NCBI RefSeq assembly: GCF_037042905.1 | Contig: NC_087251.1 | Location: forward strand, 42,162,001-42,226,000 | From: Lytechinus pictus | Taxonomy: Eukaryota | Direction of reading: 5' to 3' | Length of the DNA stretch: 64,000 nt | Shown: piece after piece, positions 51,939-64,000 of the stretch | How the letters are laid out: every line of letters starts with the position of its first letter | Numbering within the stretch: the first letter of the stretch is position 1 | Position numbers and translations under genes: made by a program | The notes under the pieces: model-generated | The model's input: only the letters and a program-made list of their open reading frames with translations | Databases searched by the model: none | Told to the model about the DNA's origin: nothing

Positions 51939-53640
51939 ATGTATATGTGTGGAGCCTAATTCATTAGTTCACTGTATGATGAACTGGACAGGCCAGATGG
52001 CTATGTGATTTTGGACGGAGACCTTCAGACTGGTATATAATGGAGTCTTGTACATGATTCTTCTCTCAGTGAACTTGGTGATGAAATTGAGTCTCCAGAC
52101 GCCTTTGTGCCCCAAAGGAGGTTGAAGTCCCTTTCAGACTGTACAAACTTGAACAGGTTATTGAGGTCTATTCTTGCTTTGATCTCATGATATAACAATA
52201 CCCGTGGGTGGGGTGGGGAGGGGTGGGGTTGAATACCCTCCCTGAGCCACAAGATAACCCAGCTCGACTCTCCATTGCAGAACGTAGTATTCCTTGGAAT
52301 AGAAGTAAAAATATTCGATAGTTTTCTTCTTTTTTAAAATCACAATTGCCTATTAATTTGCATATTATTGTCTTTGAATTACAAGACAAAAAATATATCT
52401 GAAGTAAAGCAGATCTGGGGATGATAATTGGCCATCTTTAAACTCCTTTTGACTGAGAATAAACCAGTGTCCAGAGCATTAGAAGATTTTTTATGGATAT
52501 TGGACAAACCGATGGTAGACCAAATGATAGTAGACGAGTTGGCAATTGGACGAATTGGTGTTGGAATGAAAATGAACCAATGTATACGAAAGTATTCCCA
52601 ATACTTCAAAGTCTTTCAAAATCAACCTTAGAATTCAAAGGGAAATATTGGATTAAAAAACGATGCTGATATTAAATTAGCATCATATCACCTAACACAA
52701 GCATGATTTATTGAAAGTCTTCGCGATAGCATTTCCATGTTGACGCACCATGATTTCAACACTCCACTGGTGTGAAAGAGGGGCACTACGAAGCCAAGAG
52801 GCAAGGACATGATGCTCCCCACAAAACATGATTAGTATGATTAGTAGAGATTCATGTCAGTAGTCAAGTGTCTGGCTCTAAAGCGCTACCAGACTCAATC
52901 ATCACAGCCATGCCTTCATAAGCAATGCTACAGTAACACCAACGTGTCAGAGTCCAAACCGACCGATGATATGTCATTAGTAATAACGTTATAACTTTTA
53001 TCTGTCTGCAATTGTTATTACAGGTGTAACTTGACCATTAAGTACAAAGGACAATCCGTATCATTGATAGCAGCGAGATCTATGCCATTCAATGCCAAAC
53101 TGAAGACATAAATGTGCAAGATATCAATTATCAATGGGTCCTGGGAGAAAAAAAAATTAAGAGGGAAGGGGGGGGTTAACATACAGAGATACGATTGATA
53201 TTTACAATAATCAATTGTAACTTTTTGTACATGGTTCATCATGGACTTACAGTTACACTTTAACAATAGATCATATCTACAGGGCCCATATATGTAATAA
53301 AAGGAAAGGGAGTCTGTCTTTTTGCTAAAGGACAGTAGCGAACACAAGGAAACATTCATGGTATCTGTGAATTCCAACATCAAAGAAGAAAATAGAGAAC
53401 ACCACATATTATAGAAATAAATTAGAAGCAAGTCCACGGTTACATAATCTGATCATTGGATTGATGATGACAAATACTGATGCAAATTGAACTACAGAGA
53501 TCCATATCTTTACGAACAAGACTGTATCTTGATGAAAGATATCCCATATCCAATTGGAATTGTGCCATCCACTTCAACAACAAATACCACAAAGCTTGAA
53601 CTATGTGTTACAACAAAGCATAATTGATAAATGTATTGAA

Positions 53641-53714
53641 ACATGTTTAGATGGAATAAATACGACAATACACCAGACATGTTTAGATGGAATAAATACG
53701 ACAATACACCAGAC
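53641..53714 (+). repeat. 36-bp tandem duplication
   Basis: ACATGTTTAGATGGAATAAATACGACAATACACCAG occurs twice. Confidence 0.92.
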
Positions 53715-54274
53715 GGTGGCCTGTACTGTTTCCAGAAGAACAGTTTCTTATTAATTTGATATTACAGTCAAGCACACAACAGCTAATATTTGATTTATTG
53801 AAATAGCTAAACATTCATCCAAATAATAATGCTTTTTATACTGATAGGCCTACAGTACAGGGTAGGTTTTGAAACACAGTATTGGAATAAAAAAGTAAAG
53901 CATTTTTTTAACAAACTTATCCAGTTTATGACTCTGATTGAGAAAATTTACTTTTATTGAACCATAAATATCACAGCTGGAAAGTAGGTTACAGGAAAGT
54001 AGGCAAACCTTCAACATTAATATAACTTTAATGAGCTTCATCAACGTGAGCTGAGGATCATTTTAATACTCCTAATCGGATCACTCTCTATAGATTCTTT
54101 AAAAATCCTTGTTTTATTGGATGGTAGCTAGTATTCTAGGTCTCATTTATGAATGAAGAGACCTTTACATTCTCGACAATGACCAATTGGTAGCTCACAA
54201 CGTGTACTTGTGAGACCCAATAACTTCTGGTAGCTTTACGGTAAGAATAGTGTAGGCCTACTGCAAGAGGGATA

Positions 54275-54308
54275 GTAAAAGCATGGACCTATAAGTCCAT
54301 GGTAAAAG
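54275..54308. mobile_element. P-like excision footprint or minimal element: 7-bp TSD plus 20 bp of fused TIR ends
   Basis: GTAAAAG|CATGGACCTATAAGTCCATG|GTAAAAG. The ends match the TIR of 1204-2045. Confidence 0.8.
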
Positions 54309-54335
54309 TAGCAAGTTCTCTGATGATTCCTCAAA

Positions 54336-54779
54336 GACACTGTTCTCACTACCTTCTTAAAACTAGTTTACCGGAAACCGGTTTAGGAAACCAGTTTGGA
54401 AGATCGCTTTGCTAGCGTTCCCATTCGATCACACGAAAGTGGTTTTCAAAATCGCTTCACGTAAAGCGATCTTGTTGCTATGGGAACGCTCTCAGTGGGG
54501 TGATACGTTTCGCGCGAAATTTGAAACCTCAGCGTAGGCATTCTACAGTGTGTGGAGTAGCACGCTCAAAATGTGCGAAGATCGCTTCCCGAAGAACTGT
54601 CGTGTCCTCACTTATGCTAACACCAGTTTAACGAGGCAAAGTGATCTTGAAAACTACATCGCGGGGTGGTTTTATGAACCAGTTTGGAAGATCACTTCCA
54701 AGATCGTGTCGACCGTTCTCATTACACGTTAAACTAGTTTCCATCAAACTAGCTTTAGGAAGGTAGTGAGAACGGTGTC
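54336..54779 (+). mobile_element. MITE family C, intact
   Basis: GACACTGTTCTCACTACCTTCT ... GGAAGGTAGTGAGAACGGTGTC. Confidence 0.92.
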
Positions 54780-55668
54780 CAATGGGTAGCTCACGCTGTG
54801 TACTTAATAACTTCCGGTAGCTTGAAGGTAAGAACAGTATAATACAAGAAGGATAGTACAAGTAGCAAGTTCTATGATGATTCCTGTTCAAAATGTAAGA
54901 AGAGATGTAGAGCATGGTGCGAAAGCGGAGGCGACAAGACTAGTGCTACGTACTGTAGGAGTAGACCAGAAGTTCTTGGGTCACGCATCACTGAACAAGA
55001 AGTAAAATTTCTAATTCAGTCTACAAAGTGAATGGCAAATTCATGGCATACGGAACATCCAGGAACTTTGGTTATTGTCAATAGCCAGAATTCTAGCCCC
55101 CCCCCCTACTAGACTTCAGATTCAAGATGATCACATTCTTTTCATGTGATCATAGAGTGATGGATGATGGATGGGTGATGGATCCTACGGCCTAAATTCA
55201 AGTAACTGGGGTTTCTGATTAGTGCTCGTTATCATGAGATTGGCAAGTGATCTAGTTTATCATAATTGAATCTATTACCTCTCCTCTCCACCCCCACAAA
55301 AGATGCTCTGAAAAGTTGTGACTGACATTATTTCATGAAACTTTTAGATGTGTATCACATTCTAAGTGAAAACAATATTTTCCGGGGAGGATAGATGCTT
55401 TTATGAGGGTTGTTAGGACCTGTATCTGTGCCGTCCAGTGTTCCTATCCTTCAAATAAAGCATTCAGAATTGAAGGAAAAAGGATGTATTGATGTAAATG
55501 TACTTACATTTATTTCAAAGCATTATGTGAACAGAATTTTTGGAGTGATTTATTTCATTACAATCTCTTTTACCTTTAACACAAAATCTACTGTTGTGTT
55601 CTTGTTTTTAACACAAAACTGATGCACCCCAAAAACTGTAGTAAAAACTAGAGGTTCAATGATAATAA

Positions 55669-56108
55669 CACACCGTTCTCACTACCTTCTAAAACTAGTT
55701 TACTGGAATTGTGGAAACTAGTTTGGTGGAAACTAGTTTAACGTGTACAGAGAATGGTCGAAGCAATCTTGGAAGCGATCTTCTAAACCAGTTCAGAAAA
55801 CCACCTCACAATGTAGTTTTCAAGATCACTTTGCCTTGTTAAACTGGTTCTAGCGTGAGGACACCACCATTCTTCGGGAAGCGATCTTCGCACATTTTGA
55901 GCGCGCTACTCCACACGACAGGTGTAGAATGCCTATGCTGCGGTTTCGAATTTCACGTTTGAATAGCAACAAGATCGCTTTGCGTGAAGTGATTTTGAAA
56001 TCCACTTTCGTGCGATCAAGTGGGAACGCTAGCAAAGCGATCTTCCAAACTGGTTTCCTGAATCGGTTTCCAGAAAACTAGTTTTAGAAAACGTAATGAG
56101 AACGGCCT
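55669..56108 (-). mobile_element. MITE family C, inverted copy with an internal deletion
   Basis: Reverse complement of 54336-54779. Confidence 0.9.
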
Positions 56109-56915
56109 CGTAATTGTTGATGCACTCAGAAGCACCTTTCATTCCAAACGAAAGTTCCTTATTAGTTTGAATCCAGAGAATGGACGAGATCCCATCCCTC
56201 CAGCAGATTAATACCATTTCACCCAGACAAAAATAAACAAAACAGATGAATTTCTTGCAGTAGATGCAATATAACAATGCCAAGAGAACTTCCATGAAAA
56301 TGTGAGGTGGAAACGCGTAACCCACGAGGCAATAGGCACATGCCAAAAATAACAAGCCTGAATTTACTGAAAACGGGGAGAATTGGGTTAATTTATGTCT
56401 CTTATGATTGAAATGAAATGTGTTTTTAAAAACATGACAATTCAATGAAAAGCACAGTGATATTGTCAAAATTAAACCAAGTGAAGTCATGAAGATTCTT
56501 GCTTCTGCAATCATATAGAAAGTGTTGGTAAAGGGACAATAGTTTGAAGTATCAAGTAAAATTCCAATTAAAAAAAGTTTACTTTCCATTCATTTTTGTT
56601 CATCTGTTGATTATGAGACTTCGAATTTGTAATTTTTGTTTTTTTAAATAATTTTGAAATGCCTTTTAAACTCTTACCTTACAAAATTATTGACTGGATG
56701 TCAGATTGTATCAAAAAATGTTGAGCCCATTTCTTGCTTGACAAATGTTTCAATCAAAAATTATAATAATAACAATGATAATAATAATAATGATAATAAG
56801 GAGGAGTGTTCATGCACATTCTTATAATCTTCTCAAGGATCATCCATGGTCTAGTAACAAATTGGAATGGTAACGGGCACTATGGAGGAATTTACCTACA
56901 CTGCTTTGTATCTTA

Positions 56916-57295
56916 TACCCCTTTCATAAACCCAATTATGCCTTTAATAGCAGCATAATTTGGTCGTAAAATCGGAGGAGGACCAGAGTTATCCGCATTA
57001 TTTTGATGCTGCAATTATCCGCGTAATAGCGGCATCGGGACCAGATTTTGACTTTATGAACGCATTTCCAAATAATGCGGATAATTGCCATGGTGCGGTC
57101 ACAAGGTCACCCTTTTCCAACACAACCGCATCGGAGGGGGCGTGTGCAGTTGTCATGACGATTATCCGCCTTTTTCAGGACGGGCGCTCGTAAAAATAGT
57201 GCGGATTATTTTCGGAGTTTGTGAACGCAATTTTTATTGAATTATCCGCATTACTCTTAGGCGGCTAATTGGAGGATGGGTTTATGAAAGGGGTA
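56916..57295 (+). mobile_element. MITE family E
   Basis: TACCCCTTTCATAAACCCA ... TGGGTTTATGAAAGGGGTA; flanks TTA/TCA. Confidence 0.93.
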
Positions 57296-59233
57296 TCATT
57301 TTACAATTATTCCTAGAGCTCTGTGTTGGTTCTTGCTACATGCCATATCCCCAAAAGAACTTCATATCTCATTCACCCCACAACATGACAATCTATTTGA
57401 TCTTTCCTCTCGATTCATTCTCATCATGGATCCAACTCCTACGAACTCTGATCAGGGATTCTTCTCCAAGAGCCATTCTCTGCCAAAAGTGCTTTGAATG
57501 CTCCATATCCATGATTTCAAAAAAAAATCGAATGAAAAATGATAAACTGATCCTTGAGCAAATATTGAAATATCTACCTATCAATCATACCGACAGCTAG
57601 AAACCACAAAGTCACTACTTATTGAATGGACACCACAAAGACCAATAAGCAGTGCTACTTAAATTGTGTATGAATGTTCATCCATGGCCTGTGGCAGGAT
57701 ACTTGTAAAGTGAATTCTCAATCTCTCATATCTAAACTAACTGCTTCAGATACTGTAAATGTACGTAATTTACTGTACACATAAATCAGGGGCCGCGAAA
57801 CAGGGAGGGGGGGGGGGGGCTGGCTGGGCTTCAGCCCCCCCCCCACTTTTTTCAAAAATTGTGAACTAAAACATATGCAAAAATGACAATATAATTGTGA
57901 TTTTTTTTTTGTATGGTCAGCCCCCCCCCCCACTTTCAAAACCACTCCACACCCTTGTACACGTAAATAATATAGGCCTATTAAATGAAATAATGTTTAT
58001 TTGATGGAATGACCATTATTTTTAATAGCCGCATCATTTCAGAGTTGATGATCAACTACGAAATTACGGATTTAGAAAGTCAGGAATGAAAATGAATTGA
58101 GTAGCATAAATATTTTCAAGAACTTCATTTCCTCACAAATAACACATACTAAAGTAAGTTAAGACGGGAGAAAAACAACAGCGAACCGTGGATAGAAGCA
58201 CTCAGGACACTTTCCCTTTTATGGGCTGCTCCAGGGCACCGCTCAAGTTCATTCCTCTGGGCAGGGACTGTTCTGAAATTTTCATGTATAAGTGGGAATT
58301 ATGATTTGAGGGAAGAAGAGCCATTTGACTTGCATGCCTTTGCTCTGAGGGCCAATAAATCCTCTGATTAAATCTCTTCAGACGGCTGTGAAGCAGTTTA
58401 ACGATGAATTGATGAAGCTCTGGAGTATTCTGTCTCTGGGATTCTAATTAGACGCTTGCCCTTTTAGGAGACTTGCCTCTTGACAAAGAGGGATATTATT
58501 ATGATCAATTTTTAAAGGGGGTCTTAATGGACAGTGGAAAGCAACTTCTGTTTGCGTCATGTCTAACAATGGAAAAAAGTCGAACAGTTCCATTTCTGAA
58601 AATTCAATAATTAAGATGATATATAGGCGTATACCATTAACTACAGGTATGTTCTTGGCAAAATGTCATTAAAAATAGCATGCAGTCATAGAATAAACAC
58701 AAAAAGAAAACTGCAAGATGACACATGATTAAAGTTTCCGATACATTTTGTCTGAAATTGGTAACAGAAATATGGGAGTATCTGGAAATATAGGCCTTTA
58801 TTCTCAGTGAACACTTGGGTGTGTGAATATAAAGGGATTTCCCATGTAGTGGGTGTATCATTAAGCCATTCAGAGATCACACAATAATATTATTCCCGTC
58901 AGAACAAAAAGTGGCTTATATCATAGATTTCATTCATGTTCATAATGACATCAAATTTTTAATCAGGAAAATTTTAGTGTCTGCATGATATTACATCAAA
59001 TCATGCAAATGAGATGCACGGTGCATCCTTTTCATTCATTATTTCATTTCATATAATTTTTTTTTAAATCAACACCCAATAACAATAAAAATGCCTATAT
59101 TTCAATAGTACAAACCTGTTTGTGAGCTTCCACAATACATGCACCTTACAATCATTATTGTTATTGCCAACACAGAATTGGATTTAAGAGGATTTCCACT
59201 GGTTTTGAATGAGCAGGTTCCAAATATGTTTGA

Positions 59234-59624
59234 TACCCCTTTCATAAACCCAATAAAACACAATTATGCGGCTAATAGCAGCATAATTTGGTCGTAAAAT
59301 CAGAGGAGGACAAGAGTTATCCGCATTATTCTGATGCTGCTATTATCCGCATAATAGCGGCATCGGGACAAGATTTTGAGTTTATGAACGTATTTCCAAA
59401 TAATGCGGATAATTACCATGGTGCGGTCACAAGGTCACCCTTTTCCAACACAACCGCATTGGAGGGGGCGTGTCCAGTTGTCATGACGATTATCCGCCTT
59501 TTTCAGGACGGGCGCTCGTAAAAATAATTTATGGAGTTTGTGAACGCAATTTTTATTGAATTATCCGCATTACTCTTAGGCGGCTAATTGGAGGATATGT
59601 TTTATTGGGTTTATGAAAGGGGTA
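59234..59624 (+). mobile_element. MITE family E with a perfect TGA TSD
   Basis: TGA|TACCCC ... GGGGTA|TGA. Confidence 0.93.
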
Positions 59625-61307
59625 TGATTCAATCAGCATGTTTTCAGCAGATTATTTCTCACCTGGCTACACTCCAACGAATAACATTAGAATCAAATCA
59701 CCAGTGCCTAATCAAGCAACATCAATAAAATCACAACACATCATGCCTCATATACATCCAAGGTTGAAGAAAGGCAGTACTCCTGAGCTAAATAATTGAA
59801 TTCTTCTTTTGTCATATCTATTTGAATAAATTCTCAAATTAGATTAGAAAAGGCTCGTTATTCTATGACTTGAAAATAATTTATTAAAAAATTAAAGAAA
59901 GTGCATATAGCTCTTTGATTCTAATCAAAATGTTGGAAAGATTGGATGAAAATGTAGAAAATTGCAGTAGACTGGGTGCAAATTTCAAATTTTCCAGATG
60001 GGTTCACTTGTCTAGTAGGTCTTTTAAACACCCCCCTCCCCTCCCCCCCCAAAAAAAAAAAATGTGGAAATACATTAATAAATTATATATATAAGATGAT
60101 TTAAAAATAACGAATATAGGGGTGGTTTTTAACCCTCTGATCATGTACAAAGCATATCTGATTGAACCCTGCAGTGTAAATATGTAGTAATCGTTAACTA
60201 CTAGACATATGACTAACTTAACTCTGAGATCAGAAATTGACTTGCCAATGATTGCAAGATTCTTGCTAACACCCCCCCCCCCAGGCTCATCAAGGAGAAA
60301 TTCTTCAGTCACACAATGGCGCTTCATAAAATTTTGTACTTGAATTTTGATTTATACGTGGCTACAATCAATGGCATAATAAATCATCTAAGAAATCGTT
60401 TTCAGAGAAGATTCAAGATAAAGCTGCTATAATATGCATGGTCTAAGTGTGGTATCACTAGGGAATTTCCTTGGTTACTTCTTCTTAGAATCCTTAGAGC
60501 GGATATCTTTAATTAGATGTCGGTGGAGAAAATTCATAAGGATTTGAAGTAAAATACTTGATAAACATCCTGCATGTGGTCACATTAGAGGATTTCAATG
60601 TAATGAAATATTGTATTGAAGACATCAATATGTGTGCTTAAAAATGTTAAGATGTATGTCATCAAATAGGTGGTATATATTGCAAGTGAAGAATATAAGT
60701 GTAACAATGGAATATTGAGAAAAGCACTTGATGCAAGCATTTGATACGGTCATAAGTGGGAATTTCCCTAAAATTCACGTTTATGTACGGTCTACTTAAT
60801 CATTAAAGAGTTGAAAGACCGTTAAGAAGAGTTTTTTTAATTGTAAACATGAACTACTTTTATTACAAAATTTAAGCTGATTCCTATTACCACATGGAAC
60901 CCTCAATAATCTTGCATAATTTTCTGTCACAAGTGTTCTTCATGTTTTCATTGGTTTTGTTTGCATGACCTCCCCATCCCCTTAATGTAAAGACTCCAGA
61001 GTATACTCCTTATTTATCTGACCGTGATACCATTCTTACAGAAATACTTCCACAAGGTATTTTCATTTCAGTTCAGTCTAACCGTCTCTTATAAGGTCCA
61101 TGGTACAACAGATGGTAGGGACATTTCATTGCCATCCCAATGATCTTACATAGTAAATTTGGACCAGACTCAATATTTGTCAAAGTTTTCACCAATGATT
61201 ACAAAGAAAAAGTGTTAATCAATAATGAACCAAATCGGAGCAAACTGGAGTCTGTACCTGTATTTTTCTAACACTTGATGTATATGGCACGATTACAAAT
61301 GCTGGGA

Positions 61308-61550
61308 ATCACCATCATCACCATCATCATTATCATCACCATCACTATCACCATCATCATCATTATCACCACCATCACCACCACCATCATCATCATCATC
61401 ATCACCATCATAATCATCATCATCATCATCATCATCACCACCATCATCATCATCATCACCACCATCATCACCACCATCATCATCATCATCATCACCACCA
61501 CCACCATCATCATTATCATCATTGTCGTTGTCTCAATCATCACCATCATC
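61308..61550. repeat. (CAT/CAC)n microsatellite
   Basis: Direct reading; it produces the poly-I/T/M artefact ORFs. Confidence 0.95.
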
Positions 61551-64000
61551 AATTCACTAAAGGATTTCAATTTGTTTATTGTGTAAGATGAACTGCTTCT
61601 AATCAGGCAAAATGAGGATAACATGATCCAAGGAAACCTATTTATTTATATTCCACAAAAGTATATGTCAATAAAAAGGGAATATAATCAATACACCAAC
61701 GGTCTGTCAAAAGATATTAAAGCAGTCTGAAGTATTAAAGCACGGAGATACTAACTACTGCAAATCGGCTGCTTCAAAACCCACTAAATTTGGTTCTAAT
61801 AAAAAGTCAATTAACGTATGTGCCTACAGACTTGAACTACAAATTAGAGTTTGATGCTTGGAGACTATTGAGCCAGAACAGATTGCAAATAGAGAGAAAA
61901 ATACCAAATTAAAAGAACCTGAATCTAATTGAAATACAATTTCACTGGTTGATAATGTTCTTTTAAGTTGAACCACTGACATCTAGGAAGAACAGAGCCA
62001 TTATATCAATTCCTGAATAAGGCTTCGAATAGAGTGATTCATCAGTCTTGATAATATTAAGTTATTTTTCATATTTGTACAATGTTGTTTTCATTTTTAT
62101 ATGATAAATAAAACTAAACTAAACATAATTTCAAGAGAAGGCAAGAGCATTGGCAGATAATATTAAACCATCACTACATCATCATCAACGTATATGATTA
62201 CAGAAATGAAATTGTTAATTATTGGCGAGAGGGTTGCCAATGTATATGAGTTTGATTGAATTAGTGATAAAGATTTACTTCTTTAATGATATGCCATACT
62301 CGAATGACTGTCTTAAGATTAATGATTATTATCCAAGTGTTTATACACACTTAAAATTCTGCCCCCCCCTTCCGCTCCTTGTTATAACATTATTTGAAAT
62401 GTTATCTTGTATTCCATCTCAAAGCCAATGAAACTAAAGATGCCACGTCAACATCGTTATATGACTTGGATGCTTACATTATGATTTCTCCAGTCTCAAG
62501 TGACTGTGTGGTGTCACTGGCATCTGCAGAGCTACATGTATGTCTTATTTATGTCTTATCAGAATACATGAATATTCATACCCATAAAAAAAGTGACACC
62601 GTGGGGCTTCTGGCCTGAATATTTAACTGAATGACAATATTATATAGCCATAGCACATGGACATTCACCAAAATAAGAATTTGACCAACACATTTTCTTT
62701 TTATTACTCGCTTGGAAAAAGAGAATTTCTTGCCTTTAATCAACTCCTAATTTAATGCATATAACCAATATTTTCAATTGGTGTAGGGACATTTTTACCA
62801 GATTATATTACTCAGAACCTTTAAGTTTTAATTTAAAAATGTGATATAATTTTTATATTAAAGACATAGGTTAGCATTACAAATGTCTTATTTTAGAAAA
62901 TTCTGTATCATTGATGCGTGTTATAATGCTGTTCTTGTAAATTAAATCTAAAAAAAAACACTTAATATGAAAATGCCCCCCCCCCCTTTGAAAGCCATAC
63001 AAATATTTTAATGAAAATTTGCAGTTCATAATTAAGTGATCCACCTTTTTCTTTTTTGCTTTTCAAATTATTCCTGGAACAAAGTCACCTCTATTTTGTA
63101 TAGTGATACCCCCCCCTTTTTTTTTGCTTGTCAAATTATTCCTGCAACAAAATGCCCCCCCCCCCCCTCTTTGGAAAATCCTGGATCCGCCCCTGATCCA
63201 AGGTACAGGTGTCAGAGGTGACAAATGGGAACTTGCAGCTCAAGATTTTTTAAAAGGTAAAACACCAATGCCTTTTTGTAATTTCTTCTATATGCTTATA
63301 ATACATGGTCGTAAATCCTTCAACAAAGATAGATTATTGTCATTAATGTGTTTACCATACTCCTAGGTTCAAAGGTCAGATGATGAGAAAATAACATGTA
63401 GATCAATGTATTGCAACACTATTTGCACAGGGGTGTATTTAGGGGAGAGCTTCATCAAGGAATTTGTTCTGTATTTGAACTGACAACAGCGAAAAGCTCC
63501 TGAATTCCTTGCATGTTATTGGTCCAAAGCTACTTTGCAAGTGAAAAATCACATGCAAGATACTTTGTGAAAGATTCCCCTGGATGAGACCTAGGAAAAT
63601 TGAAAAACCACAGAGATCGATCCATGAACTCAATTATTGAATGAAGAACTTGACAGACCACCAAACCAAATTATACAGAATGGTAAAACCATGGTGACCA
63701 GAGTTAGCTGCAATTTTAAAGATTAAAACAAACAACTTTAAAACAAAAATCAATAATTTCAGAGGGAAAAGTTCCCATGATTAGAGCAAAAGAGGAATTT
63801 TATTCACTCCAATAATTGCAATTTAGAATGTCTCTATGACGGGAAATCACGATATAAATTTGTTTAGTTACAACTTACAAGTATCTCATGCATTCAAGAA
63901 GGACAATACCTAACAAATTTTGTATGATGCAAAAAATATAGATTTTATCAAAACACTTCTTTCACTGTTGGCACAAGAATACTTTGGGTTTTTTTTTGTT

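Noticed and set aside
52025..52389. Overlapping minus-strand ORFs after a pyrimidine-rich stretch, considered as a GALNT 5' exon
   Set aside because: No TM segment or GALNT similarity, stop codons intervene, and there is no convincing donor.
56029..56589. 186-aa hydrophobic minus-strand ORF
   Set aside because: AT-rich composition artefact that runs into MITE family C, with a non-ATG start and no recognisable family.
28382..59521. Repeated ORF MVVKSEEDQSYP... (28382, 56960, 59288)
   Set aside because: Lies inside MITE family E, uses a non-ATG start, differs by frameshift between copies, and has no recognisable domain.

Overview
AT-rich animal genomic DNA; the repeat repertoire suggests a sea urchin or similar marine invertebrate, which is an inference. 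The only supportable protein-coding content is five internal minus-strand exons of a polypeptide N-acetylgalactosaminyltransferase of the GALNT2/14/16 subfamily: 36061-35901, 15908-15807, 14269-14202, 12650-12585 and 11061-10940. They total 519 nt (173 aa), have GT-AG junctions with consistent phases, and include FHNEAR, LVDD and the catalytic DSH motif. I did not find the 5' (TM) or 3' (Gal/GalNAc-T, ricin) exons, so the rest of the window is probably intron. It is packed with non-autonomous DNA transposons (TTAA/Kolobok-like, TNA/PIF-Harbinger-like, TA-flanked, DINE-1/HINE-like, and one P-superfamily-like element), SINE remnants and simple repeats. Highlights: (1) an 842-bp P-like element with 31-bp CATG-starting TIRs and a 7-bp TSD, carrying a promoter-like cassette; (2) a 20-bp footprint of the same TIR family whose empty site is preserved in a nearby duplication; (3) TA-flanked palindromic footprints documented inside known repeats; (4) HINE elements carrying tandem nuclear-receptor response-element arrays; (5) an inverted MITE pair bracketing a frame-symmetric five-exon block, a circRNA candidate.
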